The notes beneath the pieces were generated by a model. That model saw only the letters and a program-made list of their open reading frames with translations, ran no database searches and was not told where the DNA came from. The translations under genes and the position numbers were made by a program. Shown piece after piece: positions 16,134-28,989 of a stretch of 64,000 nt of DNA. Source of the DNA: Eledone cirrhosa (taxonomy: Eukaryota); contig CAXHJY010000006.1 in NCBI GenBank assembly GCA_964016885.1, positions 1-64,000 of the forward strand. The letters run 5' to 3'. Positions within the stretch are counted from its first letter, which is position 1. Each line of letters opens with the position of its first letter.

Positions 16134-17639
16134 TAAACTGGTGTTTTGGAGCATAACTCGAAATTACGATAAAATATTTTAGATAAACGTATACACTTTA
16201 AAATAAACAGTTTTGTATCAAAGAACCAAAAGTAGTTTTAGGTGGTTTGGTATCAAAAGTGTTAAGCAGCTAATGTAGATACCTATAATAACGTTAATGT
16301 TGAAATACATCAGGAATTTTACTTGAAAAATTCACGTGACTTAATTTCCTTCCAGTTTTGCTCATATTATATGCTAATAATAAATAGAATTATGTCCAGC
16401 ATTGGATTTCTTTTTAATTCAATGCCAGAGAAAAAATATATATGTTCGAATGGAGTATTATTCTTTGTGTGTGTGTGTGTGTGTGTGTGTGAAGTATAGA
16501 ATAATGGTTTATAAGATTCCTTTCATTAACTTTCCTGTCACAATACGAACTTCTCCGCCCCCCGCCCCCCACGAACGCTGTTTTCATGATAATAATTAAC
16601 GAAACGATTTTTTTCTTTTTGTCAATTGCATCAGTAAAATCATCGTACCAGTCGGACTAATAGTAATACAGCATCATATCAGTCGGACCAATAGCAACAC
16701 AGAAATATGTGTGCCACAGAAAGACCATTGCAGTAGAAAAAAATGATTAAAAGCAAACTGGTTGATTTTGATGAAGAGATTTATGACTATTTTTATAGTC
16801 AGAGAAGATTAATATGGCGGAAAGAAAATATTGAAAAAAAAAAATTAATGGAATGTCTTGCAGCAATAGTTTAATATAAACTATGCTATTTCATCCTATC
16901 TGTTCTGCTTTTATAATGGTCACTTCATAGTGTTACGCTATTTCATACTCTTGTGTTGATGCTGTAGTTTTCTCTAACACAGAATTTTCAATGGTTGCCT
17001 TTCTTCTTCTCACCTGCTTTAAAAACCGAAGTTATATTTTATTAGTACGTATATTTGTTTTGTGAATAATGTCCATTTAGACAGACGATAGATCTACTAA
17101 AACGTTTTCACAAAGCAGTCAGGTATGCTAAACTATGACATATCTAGAGATCTTACCTACCCACATAATACAAGTTTGGATAAGAAACTGGCAGAGAAAC
17201 ATGAAAAACATTTTCTTATTTTCGAATTTGTAAGATACAGTTCAGTTACCTTGTAATATAGTCACAAAGTTTTCGCCATCTTTTCATCTTGTAAAGCAAA
17301 TTAGCGGTCTTTTGTAGCTTTTCTTTGAACTGCTACTGCTATTGTAGGGAGATATATAATTAGAAGATACCGTAGTAGTAATAGTAGTTGTAGTAGTGGT
17401 AGTAGCTGCAGCAGCAGAAGCAGCCGCATCGTAGGGTTGACTGCATGAATTATATATTTAGCCATAAAATGAAATCAGTGTTAAAAGACCCAGAATATTT
17501 CGTAGAATTTAGAAAATACGTCATATGAATATGGAATGTGTTGGCAATATCAGACTATTATAAAGCTAAACGACGATTTGATAAAAGGAAATACAAGATA
17601 AGGTGAAGTATAGTGTATTTGTATATATAACTAGAGCAG

Positions 17640-17785
17640 GTGAGGGAACAACTGGGAAATAGTTGGTACGTCAAATAAATATTGGTTTGTTTCTCTGCGC
17701 TCTGGGTTTAAATTTTGCTGCAGTCAACTTTGCCTTTCATCCTTTCGACGTCGGTAAAGTACCAGTCGAGTACTGGGGATCAATT
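17640..17785 (+). mobile_element. Degenerate SINE family 1 copy
   Basis: gtcaactttgcctttcatcctttcgacgtcggtaaagtaccagtcgagtactgggg. Confidence 0.65.
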
Positions 17786-18571
17786 TTTCCTCTTTATCTC
17801 CTCTCTCTCTCTCTTCAGAAGTAATCGGCTGTTCCGACTTGGAGAGAGTGGGATACACCAGATTTAAATACTCCCACGATACCCCCAAGAGTTAAGGACC
17901 TGTGGCTGGATTGACATAAATTTTAAATAATATTTTTGGTAGCTGTTAACGGTATAAAAATACTCACAACCTCAGGTCAACAGATTACTACAATGGCCTC
18001 AGCCCCTCGGAGGTTGCTAGTCTCATGCTCCCTCCACTGAGGTATTTCTGACTTACTACTGATGTCACATCCAATCCAGTCTCTGCCTCTGTTCTACAAT
18101 GGCATCTGCTTCTCGATGCTTGCTAGTTTCATCGCCCCCCCCCCTCATTTGGGACACAATCCCGTCTCTCCTCCTCTCATCACCTATGTCGTGTTTATCC
18201 CACCAAGCCCCACACTAACTACTACACCCAGTCCTTCATTCCCAGAACCTCACCTCACTGGAACTCTCTCCCTGATCATGTCTTCTCAAAAGGTGTAGAC
18301 TTCAAAGCCAAATATTATCGGTATCAAACCCTCGCGTTAGTGAAAACTAAAAAACGTTTATTGACCGATTATATGGCGTATAATAGTTTTTCGATAAATA
18401 TTATAGTAATTTGTAGAACATACTATGCAATATATAGGCTATGATAGAAGTAACTTATAGTGTAGTAGTATACAGAATGCACCATATTTAGTCCATTAGC
18501 TTACTGTGAGGGGGGAAAAGAAAGAACCCCTGATGATATTAAACAAGCAATTCATGTAAGATTATATATGT

Positions 18572-18920
18572 CGACTGCCGTCGATTCCGACAATGCTGGT
18601 TTCAGTTGTTTGATCAACAGAACAGTTGCTCGTGAAATTAACGTGTAAGAGACCAAGCATTCCACATACACGTGTACCCGTAATGTAATTCTCAGGTACA
18701 TTCAGCATGGCAGTGTGTGACAAAGCTGGTTCTTTGAATTGTATATACAACAGGTTTCTTTTTTGGGGGGAGGGGGGGGGGGGGGGGGGGGTTAACTGAG
18801 AAAAATGGAGCAACGTAAAATAAAGTGTTTTGCTCAAAAACACAATGCCCCACCGGGAATCGAACTCAAGATTTCAACATTGTAAGCCAAACACCATAAA
18901 CCACTAAGCCATGCGCCTTC
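18572..18920 (-). mobile_element. SINE family 2 (tRNA head + CORE-like block, ~330 bp)
   Basis: Reverse complement matches 58427-58746: ggcgcatggcttagtgg, gagttcgattccc, ttgagcaaaacac, ccttgtcacac..gctgaat. Confidence 0.85.
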
Positions 18921-19676
18921 ATTGTAAGTTTATACAGTCGCATTAAATGTTCGAAACGCTGCATATTTGCAAGCACGTCATTATTGGGTTTCTTTGTAAT
19001 CATTTAGCTAATTAAGGCCTGCCGTGTGTTTGTGTATGTATGTGTGTATGTGTGTTGGAAACAGCGATAAACAGAGATGATATAGGATGGTATTGTGCTT
19101 GTTTAGATAATAAACATATGTAACTTGAGCCACGTAGATCCCCATGATAAGTAGCAAGCACATTATAATTTTGTATAATTAACTCAAATATGTAATAATT
19201 TCCTGCGAACAACAGCGTAATCAGTAAACATCTTCTGTGTCTAGTAGGGTTGTGAAAATATGAAAAGCGGTGGAGAGGGGTCGTATAATTTGGCGAGTGT
19301 AAACAGTGTAGTAGAAAATGCAAACTTAGTCACATTTCTTTAGTGTTATCATAGCAAGAAGCGTCGAAAAGAAGGTTAGTCAGCTTACCAAACTAAGTTG
19401 AAATTGTATTGGGGATAACGGGACGCATAATTTGAAGAATGCGGCGCACATTGTATGACTCGCGAAGGACGTTAAATGCACCAGCCCTGTGTAGGCATGT
19501 CTTTGTGGGTAAAAATGTTCTCCGCATAGTGAAATACATGATGTGTATAGACTATTGAATTTATGGTTAAAAACCCCGCCATGGTGTGCTTCTGTTTTGG
19601 TATATGTTATATAGCTAACCTATGAACCATAATAATATGCTGCGTATATTTGTACATTCATATATATATATATATA

Positions 19677-19877
19677 TTAATATAGAAAAGCTTTTACAGG
19701 ACTAGAACTGTTTCATTCGATAGAAATCATCAGGAAGCTCAGGGCTTCTTGGTGATTTCTCACTAATGAAACAGTTCTAGTCCTGTAGAAGCTTTTCTAT
19801 ATTAAAACATTTATACTCTGCTATGTATTGAGTACCTTACTTACTGTGGTTACCCCCGGTTCAACCCAGAATAACTT
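19677..19877 (+). mobile_element. TA-flanked fold-back mini-element, family B, two inverted hammerheads
   Basis: Arms 19677-19740 / 19743-19805. Minus strand 19688-19740 reads GAGCTTC CTGATGA TTTC-tatc-GAAT GAAA CAG-ttctagtc-CTG TA/AAAGCT; the plus arm has a mutated core (TTGGTGA). Confidence 0.85.
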
Positions 19878-20954
19878 ATATATATATATATAGTCTGTAA
19901 CTCTTTAAAATTCACTCATACAAACATACGCACAATGTATTTACACTCTGTCATGTTTCTACAATAAAAAGTTCAATTTTCAATCACAAGTTTTTAGGTT
20001 TTAGCCCTACATTTGTCCCAATAAAATAGTTATTTCTCCAAAGTTGCTTATACATTTAATCTTGTATGTCATATGCTAAACATTTATGTAACTATATCCT
20101 TTAACTAAATTATTAAAGTATCATGTTTATCTTTAATCACTTCCACGTGCCAGTTATCAACATAAACTATAGGGTTTATCTAATGTAAATTATAAATTGA
20201 TCAAAACGCAAATTTCCCAGTTTCTAAGATTGTTCGTATATCCGGGAATCCTAGTATTTATCGCATACTGATCCTAGACTCCTGAAATTGAATACATTCA
20301 ACGCTACTGCCACCATTATTGACAACGCTGATCCACTTGTGTACTATATTATATAGCTAAGCTATATGGTATATTATACAGTTAAGCAATTTCGCTTTAT
20401 ATTTGTTTGTTCAACAGCTATTAACTTATGGCATTGCGAGAGAGATTTAACAATATCACCTTATTCCATTTCTACCTGCTTGGACAAGCAAGTAACTAGA
20501 AGTTTAAAATAAAACCAGTCCAGACAAGATTTTTTCTGTGAGCAAATATATTTTTAGTTTGACATCCAGGAATACTTCGTGACTAACTTAATATTTTAAA
20601 CTTCGGGTCACTTAAGGACAGATCATTTCAGAAACAAGCACACAAATATCTGTATGTCAGTCTGCCTCTCTTTATATATGTACGTTGGGTTTTATTATTT
20701 TATAATTTTTCACCAATAGAAATAGATTTGGTTTCTAACATAGGAACATGACTCTTTCATTGGAATTTAGACATCAACTAGGTAAATATGTATGTATGCC
20801 TATGTGTGTGGTTCTGTATATGTCCATGCGTGCATGTTTCTGTGTCGATGCCTGTGTACACACCCACACACACTTCTAGCATCACTCCTTCATAGTCAGC
20901 CTATGAATATATATATATGTGTGTGTGTGAGTGTACATAAAAGATAAGGGTAAA

Positions 20955-21295
20955 GACACCCTTCGGTCACGAATGACCATGGGATTTGCACCAAGAAAGT
21001 TCTCCTGCGAGGCACAGGTTCCGGCGAGGTTGTTTGTGGAAGACCAGCAGTCGCCCATACAAACCGCCCCCCCCCCCCTCTCCACACCATGTATAACAGT
21101 CCCCACTCTCCATGCCACCGATGTTGTCTAAAGGAAAGTCAATGGCCAATACAGCTTGGTACCAGTGACGTCGCAACTCGTTTCTACAGCTGAGTGAACT
21201 GGATCAAGGACACAACGTATCACTCGGTCTGAGAATCCAACTCACAATCTCACGATTGCAAGCCCAACACTCTAACCACTAAGCCATATGCCTTC
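20955..21295 (-). mobile_element. SINE family 3 (tRNA head shared with family 2, different body)
   Basis: Minus strand head ggcatatggcttagtggttag..cagctgtagaaa, body gacaacatcggtggc..gtgaccgaaggg; second copy at 55913-56222. Confidence 0.8.
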
Positions 21296-21728
21296 ACGTA
21301 TGCGTACATACTTATATGCAATAAAGGGGTGCATGAAGGTATGTACGATATGTTTATGTATAATAAACATACAAGACTCGGTATGAATATTTTTAGGTGT
21401 AATCATATAACAGCTATCTCCGTAGCTGACGAGATAGCCAAATACATCTTTCTGTTTTGTTTTTTTCTATCCGTCATCGCTGACATTTACTCACTCAACA
21501 CTGATATAAGAATAATCTAAAGCCTAAATAGTTCGTTTGTTTTTTTTTAAATATGAAACATTGGCTGATCCTCAATGGCATGTAGTGCAAGTATAACATG
21601 ATGGGAGATGCTCATTTGCATAAAAATACTGTATCTGACATTTTCAACGGCTACTGAGATGGTTGTGATATTATCACAGCTTAAAATATCTATAGCGAAA
21701 TGCTTGTGTGCTTATTATATATAAATAG

Positions 21729-21910
21729 GACGGTGGATTGGAAGTATTGGTAGAGGGTCGGACGCCATGCTTTGATGCATAGAGTTACGGCCCTTGCCAT
21801 TCTGAGTTCAAATCCCGTCTTTGCCTTTCATCCTTACGGGGTCGATAAAATAAAGTACCAGTAATGTCCTGGGTAATTGCTGGCCTTGTACCAATAGTAG
21901 AAACAATTAT
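21729..21910 (+). mobile_element. SINE family 1 copy
   Basis: Full head, B box, central domain and tail as at 12303. Confidence 0.9.
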
Positions 21911-22324
21911 ATATAAATATAATGTATATGCTTTTATATACACCTCTATTAAGGATTATGATGTTAGTGCTGATGCTAAATATACATATATGCATACATA
22001 TACATATGTACTCCAACACATATATGCATATACTTGTGTGTGTGTGTGTGTGTGAGCGGGTGTGTGCGTGTGTATGTGCGTTAGCAAGTCTGTTTTGTCA
22101 AATTAGTGTTTTTATTGAAATATCCCTCTAGAATTTGGAATTGGTTAACGTGTGGATACACATGTATGTATATATGTATATATATATGTATATATGTATT
22201 TGTATATATATGTATATATGCATGAGTGCGAATTATTGCAAGAATAAATTAATTGTGACGGAGGCCATGCAAGACAGTAACTAGGAGACGTGTGTCTGAC
22301 AATGTTATCTTATCAATTCAGCAA

Positions 22325-22645
22325 TCAATCAGTCTATTTATCTACCTATCTACCTACCCAACTATCTATCTTTATATCTCCCTACCTTTCTCTCTATCAC
22401 TCTACTTACCTATATATCGATATATCTATCTGTCTATTCGTCTATCTATCTAACTAGCTAACTACTTCTCTATCTACTTCGCTATCTATCTAGATATCTT
22501 TCTTTCTCTCTCTTTCTCCCTCGCTCTCTATCTATCTAGCTCTCTTTATCTATCTATCTATCTATCTATCTATCAACCTACCTACCTATCTAAAAGTGTG
22601 TGTGTCTGTGTGTGTGTGTGTGTGTGCGTGTGTGTGTGTGTGTCA
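22325..22645. repeat. (TCTA)n / (CCTA)n / (TG)n compound microsatellite
   Basis: Direct reading. Confidence 0.85.
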
Positions 22646-22871
22646 CTTCTGTAACAATGCTATCTAATCAATACATTGAAAGACACTAATTACAGTTAAA
22701 TTAATACGTCACACTTTAGAGTTCTATCTAGGTTACTATGGAAGTACACCCATTGCATAACTAAATACCTGCTTCTTTTCCTTCTACCTTACCTTCGCCG
22801 TTTCCATGGTTCCACTTTACTTCATTACAAACATTTCTAGTGGATTATATATATATATATATATATATACA

Positions 22872-23625
22872 TACGACGTTTGTCCCAAAAGTAAAGGTAC
22901 TGATGTTTTACTTAAATGTATATTAGACGTAAATGAAATTACAAGTCATCTCCTTCAAAATACGATCGTTGGGAAGTCACACAGTGTTTCCAACGTGTTT
23001 TCAATTTTGTGTGTTCTTAGCTCGTCGACTACAATTATTTGTATGTTTTCCACAGTTCCAAAATGATGACCAATCAACTTTAAGAAAGAGGTAGAAATCA
23101 CACGGAGCTAGATCTGGGCTGTAGATAGGATCTGGAAGAGTAGGAATGTTTTTGTTCGTTAGGAATTCTCTAATTGAATGTGCTGTGGGTGCATGCGCGT
23201 TATCGTGGTGCAGCACCCAATCTCCTGCATTGTCCTTTCAGACTCGCCGGACCTATGTTCAAAGTCGTTCAAAGACATTTTTGTAGAAGGTGTGATTAAC
23301 TGTTTGTCCTAGAGTTAAAAATTCTTTGTGAACACTACCATGGCTGTCGAAAAAAAAATGATAATCATCGTTACACTCTGGATATACTCATGCATGCTTT
23401 ATTCGCACGAGGAGAATTTTTTGTGTGTCACTCCTAACTTTGCTGTTTTGTCTCTGGATTGTACTCGAACACCCATGACCCATCTACTGTTGTTACTTTA
23501 TCTAAGAAATTTGGATCAATTTCGAATCTTCTTAGCAAATTCTGACTATTTCCAACCGATTTGCTTTTTGCTCCCCCGACAAGTCTTTGGGCACTAGAGT
23601 TGAACAATTGTTCCGCATGTGCAAA
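22872..23625 (-). mobile_element. Mariner DNA transposon remnant (decayed DD34D transposase + one TIR)
   Basis: Minus strand WVFEYNPETKQQS, LHHDNA and YSPDLAPCDFYLF are mariner signature motifs. TIR-like TACGACGTTTGTCCCAAAAGTAAAGG begins at 22872 at a TA. Confidence 0.9.
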
Positions 23626-23652
23626 TGGTTGCTCTCTCTCTCTCTTTCTCTC

Positions 23653-23701
<49 letters not shown>

Positions 23702-23711
23702 CCCGTATTAG

Positions 23712-23959
23712 AGAGTGAGGTTTTTTTTACAAAATGATAAAAAAAACGAGATGTCCTACACAAGTGAAAGTATAAGGAAAAAAGATGAAATCGAAAATGC
23801 AACTGGAGTCTTTTTTTTTTTAAATATATATTTATTTGGTTCCTATACCGGTTTCGCAGTTATTGTGCTTTTCAAAAGTAGAATTGAGAACCAAATAAAT
23901 TTTTTTTTTTTTTTTAAAGTCTACAGTTGCATTTTCGATTTCATCTTTTTTTCCTTATA
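23712..23959 (-). mobile_element. Fold-back mini-element, family C, with U3-A8 hammerhead
   Basis: Arms ~23771-23842 / 23888-23959. Minus strand 23842-23881 reads CTT TTGAAAA GCA-caataac-TGC GAAA CCGG TA/TAGG. Second copy at 56869-57030. Confidence 0.8.
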
Positions 23960-24206
23960 TATATATATATATATGGACACCCGTATGGCTGAATAGTTCG
24001 CTTCGCAATCATGAGATCTATGGCATCAGAGGCAGGCGTCTTTTACCATAGCCTTGTGTTGAGCTGTCCCTTGCGAGTGTTTAAGTTGGGTAGACGGAAA
24101 CTGCGCGGAAGCCTATACATCGAATTGTCTCGTATTTGTGATTCAAAAGTGCACCTTTGTCTTAATGCGTCATACAGTATCCAGCATCACGTTGATTCTA
24201 TGTGAA

Positions 24207-24397
24207 AATAATTGTTTCTACTTTAGGTACAAGGCCAGCAATTACCCAGTGCCTTACTGGTACTTTATTTTATCGACCCCGTAAGGATGAAAGGCAAAGT
24301 CAACCTCGGCGGGATTTGAACTCAGATCGTAAAGGGACGTAACTATGCTGGAAAGCATGGCATCCGACCCTCTACTGATACTGCCAATCCACCGCCC
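24207..24397 (-). mobile_element. Young SINE family 1 copy with target-site duplication
   Basis: Near-identical to 12121 and 63141; flanked by CTATGTGAAAATAAT at 24198-24212 and 24397-24411; interrupts an older family 2-like SINE (23985-24510). Confidence 0.92.
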
Positions 24398-25500
24398 TAT
24401 GTGAAAATAATGACATGTCTGTAGACTACTCGGCCACTTCGCACGCTAAAACAATATGTAGGTCGTTCAATTGGTCAAACACATGGATCCTGCTACGTCG
24501 CTTTCAACGTGAGAGCCCCTTATCTTTCTGTAATGTAAATCAAAAGAAGACACTTTTATATTATGTTCTCATACTATTTGGCATTCATTTAAGTAATGTT
24601 TTTAATATATTTCTACTTAGAATCACGATCAGATAATATTAGCTGAAACAGCCGTAGGAGTTACTGGTGCCACTGAGCAAGTTCCATTTTGTCCCACTTA
24701 CAAGCGGAACAGGGTTTCTGGGATGTGAAAACATAACTTTAAATTCACTCATGAATTTTTCAAGAATGAACCATCAACTTTTGGTATCATTATTACCCAA
24801 AGTCGACTTCCTGGTGAGGATTCGGCCAGTCATAACCTTGGAATTAGAACTCCTTAAAAACTCATCAATCACTCGTTTCTTTAGCTGTCAAAACAACGAC
24901 GATTTTAGCTCTAATTCAATCAGAATCGAGAGGTTGAGATATTTTCCTCTGCAATCAACAGCGTGATTCAGTCACGAGATTGTCAAACCTGTCTGCAACA
25001 ACACACCGTTAATCTGCCAAATACCTTTCACTACAGACAGCTAACGAAATCTGCCAGGCGACAATTTTCTCGCTCATTGAATGATAACCCATTTCCAGTA
25101 TCAACATTTTGTAAAATTATGCGTATTATAATTTTAAAATTGCAGCAGGGGAGCTAATAACTGAATTTTTTTTACCTTGCAATTTTTAATTTTTAATTAT
25201 TATTATTTTTTTTTTTTTGTATTGTTTTGAAGCAGTTGACTAATTTCAATTTATACAGAACAAGTTCATAACATATCTTATTTACATGTGAATAAATAAT
25301 AAGTGATAATATATTTTAATGTTAGGACGGTTGATTGGCAGAGTAAGGATTCTGCCAACCCACCACCTTAATATTAGAAAATAATGTTTTTAAATGTATT
25401 CCTGTCTTTTTTCCGGTAGGAGTTCATATCATTTGCATGTCATAAATGTAGGTTTCCTTTTTCATACATTTGCATTCATTGATAGATACATTCTGAACGC

Positions 25501-25656
<156 letters not shown>

Positions 25657-26539
25657 TGTGTGCATGTTAACAGAAAATCACCCGTTTGACGTATTTTTGC
25701 TAGTTATATATTTTTCACTCTATCTTTATATTGTGTGATATATTTTCGTTCAATATAAATGTAATGGCCATTATATGGAACAATAGTCACAGACAAACTG
25801 TTGATGTGAATCGTTTCTGACTTGGAAAGCAATTTTTCTCCATTCAGATACACTATTGAGATGCTATTAGTTTCTGATCACATTCAGTCATGATGCATTA
25901 TTGTTGAAATATTTTATTTTTATTCGTTATCGCAGAGCAATGGTTCCTAAAGTGTGTACTAGTGCCCCCTTTTGAGCACTGAGAGTCTCGAGAGGGACAG
26001 TGGAATACACGAGAGAGGTAGGGAGTCATTGCAAAGCAAGAGGTGGTGAGGGATAAAAGATACAATTTAACAGCTGCTCGTAAAAACTGCCACCTTTAGT
26101 TATTAAATAAATACTTAAATATTTTTTATTAAGTATTAAAATGTTTCAATGTATAATTGTTTATCAACGTAACAGTGCGGTAGAGATGCTGATGAGATAT
26201 TTTCTCTAAAAGAGGGTTCCATAGTCCAAGAATATTTTGAAAAACCCTGTCTTAGACCAAAATAATTTAAGATTTTCGTGGTGTTTTTTTTTTTGTTGTT
26301 GTTTGTTTGTTTTTTATCTTGCTCTCCGATATATAAAATTGTAGATGGTGTGCAAAGATATTTTCTAGAGTGACAATATTTCAAATTTTCAATGCCCTAG
26401 GGACCGCATTGGGTGCCGATTAGCGATCTCGATCTCTCTTTCTTAGTCTGTCTTTTTAGATAGATACATAGCTATAACGTCGCACCCTTATAATATCTGT
26501 CTGTATGTCTGGCTGTCTGCATTACGACATTATGAAAAC

Positions 26540-26735
26540 ATAAAACGCAGAAGTAAATATTTCGGAAAATGTTGCAACCGAAGAAAACAGGAAAACGATA
26601 CTTTGGTTCGTGAAGACGTTCCCTGGCAATGAACGGAAAAAAGCGAAGATAATACGTCAGCAATGAGAACAATATTTGCTCTAGGGTTCTTATATATTTT
26701 ATATATATTTATCCTTATCGAGACCTCTTTGGTTC
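26540..26735. mobile_element. PLE family D fragment with inverted terminal piece
   Basis: 26545-26670 is similar to 44362-44480. 26671-26735 is the reverse complement of 44205-44272. Confidence 0.7.
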
Positions 26736-26809
26736 GACTAACACTAAATATATATATACACACACTATATATACATATATACACACACACACAGATAGCG
26801 AAGTTAATA

Positions 26810-27197
26810 TTTTCATAATGTCGTAATGCAGATAGATACACAGCTATAACGTCACGCCCCGGTTAAGACGGCACTCATGGCTTAGCAATTACATAGTCAA
26901 CGGTTCGGAAATCACATGCATCACTGACGAGTTTATTCCTTACTCTACCAGTTAGTCTTAGTGTACTTCGTCCTGCTTTTAGCTCATGCCTCGAAGGAAG
27001 AGATACTCCATTCACTGAAATACTGCGAAAGCGGCAAGAAAAAGAACAAGGCGGCCAAACGAATCATCAGTAGAATCTGCTATTCGACGATCGCAAGGCC
27101 GAGGTATTCCGTACTTCTCTGTACTGTTTCAGAAAGGAGGGATAAACATGCCAATCTATGTTTAGAATCCCGAGCAACGCCGGGCCATTCTGCTAGT
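26810..27197 (+). mobile_element. Probable non-autonomous Helitron (3' end)
   Basis: Terminal hairpin CCCG-agcaacgc-CGGG followed ~9 nt later by CTAG|T at 27193-27197. The 5' boundary is uncertain. Confidence 0.6.
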
Positions 27198-27284
27198 CTT
27201 AACTATAATAAAGAAAAGAGTGTGGGACTGCATCCAGAATATAATTATTTATCCAGTTTGTAAAATAAGTTGGATTACTTTGAA

Positions 27285-27481
27285 TAAATAATTGTTTCTA
27301 CTTTTGGCACAAGGCCAGAAATTATCCCAGTGTATTACTGGTACTTTATTTTATCGACCCCGTAAGGATGAAAGGCAAAGTTAACCTCGGCGGGATTTGA
27401 ACTCAGATCATAAAGGGACGTAACTCTATGCTTCAGAGCATGGTGCCCGACTCTCTACCGATACTGCCAATCCACCACCCT
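27285..27481 (-). mobile_element. SINE family 1 copy
   Basis: Full-length reverse copy with a likely ATAAATAAT target-site duplication. Confidence 0.9.
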
Positions 27482-27797
27482 ATAAATAATGAATGACTAT
27501 TATATAATTTATCTACTAAATTTCGTAACACATGATTAAATATATATCTAAAATATTATTGCATAGTTCAAGACTCACTTCTTTTAAAAAATTTAAATTT
27601 CAATACTTCCGGTATATCTATACTATATATATATAGAGAGAGCGAGAGTGAAAGGGAAAGATGAAGCGATTTGGATTTATTTCAACACGCTGATGTGTGT
27701 GCGTGTGTGTATGTATGTTGTTGTTCTTTGATTTTATAAAATTGCTAGAGCGAGAAAGAGAGATTGTATGTGTGAGTATATAAAGAGAGTAGTGACT

Positions 27798-27833
<36 letters not shown>

Positions 27834-27881
27834 AACTATAATCGCGCAAACACAAACTTATAAAAATAAACGCTCACGGAT

Positions 27882-28062
27882 ATACATTCACACATATACA
27901 TTTACACAAACACACATTCACACATATACATTTACACAAACATACATTCACACATACATTTACACAAACACACATTCACACATACATTTACACAAACACA
28001 CATTCAGACATATACATTTACACAAACATACATTCACACATACATTTACACAAACATACACA
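27882..28062. repeat. 28-30 bp minisatellite (CACATTCACACATA[TA]CATTTACACAAACA) x ~6
   Basis: Direct reading. Confidence 0.9.
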
Positions 28063-28084
28063 TACAGTCATGATAGCAGCGTTC

Positions 28085-28800
28085 GGTGATTTATTGATTT
28101 ATTAACAAAACAACAGTTAAACTCTTTTTTTTTTAAACTCATTTGTATAAAAATCTAATATAAAGGTAACAGAACGAAAACACTAACAAATATAATATAT
28201 ACAAAGAAAGGGAAAGGAAAAAAAGAAAGAAAAATACACAAGCACGTAATACCCACATCTTAGACCACATCAACAAAAGGCAGGCGAAAGGGGGGGACAA
28301 ACGAGACGCTACTAGAGCAAAAGATAGCAATATAGCGAGGAGCACTGGGAAACCTCTCTAATAATTCTTTAGGTAAGCCAGCACGCTTGCAGCGTTACCT
28401 GGGGTGATGGCGAGGCTGAGGTGCTTGAACAACCAAGATCCTTCACGAGCATCACCAGTTACCTTTGTTTGGCGAGCCACCAGTGAAGATAAGAACCTCG
28501 CTGTCAGTCGCCCGACTCCCCCAAACGTTTCGAGCGTCACAGGCCGGATAATTAGTTAGCTGACAGAACACGGTATTTTACGATTTTGTTCCGTTCAGCT
28601 GCGGATGCTGTAGCTCTCGCCCTTACCGCTGCATCCAGAATGTGGGAAGATGCAAAAGTGTCACTAACTGTGACGTCCCGGGTAAGGCACCTGACTCTTG
28701 ACCAGGAGCACAGAGTAAGACCGTCAAGTCTTTTCTCATCAATTCTGGACAACCCAAACGGTTCCAAAATTGAGGGGATGTTTGCCCGGGCCAAAGCTCT
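28085..28800 (-). mobile_element. CRE-like non-LTR retrotransposon 3' fragment (restriction-like endonuclease domain)
   Basis: EPFGLSRIDEKRLDGLTL..W..DVTVSDTFASSH..AAERNKIVKY and TLETFGGVG..FL..LSLAI..GNAASVL resemble the PD..D..K RLE C-terminus. AATAAA signals lie downstream near 28090-28103. Confidence 0.8.
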
Positions 28801-28989
28801 TGAGTGGTAATAGGACAGTATGTGCGCGTGCGTGATTTTGTCGGCGTTCTTAAATTAGAGACACGTGTGTGTGTGTCACTGTTTTTAAGTTAGACATATA
28901 TGTGTGTATCCCTTTCCTTCCTTTTACACACACATACATTCACACAAACACACATACACATTGCGTGATGGACGGGTGGACAGAAGTCC

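Noticed and set aside
17081-17122. Possible 42-nt micro-exon (tttag|...cag|gtatgc)
   Set aside because: Weak acceptor, no recognisable peptide and no partner exons.
24640-25160. Possible DNA-transposon coding remnant, also 29800-30630
   Set aside because: No convincing protein motif could be read by eye.
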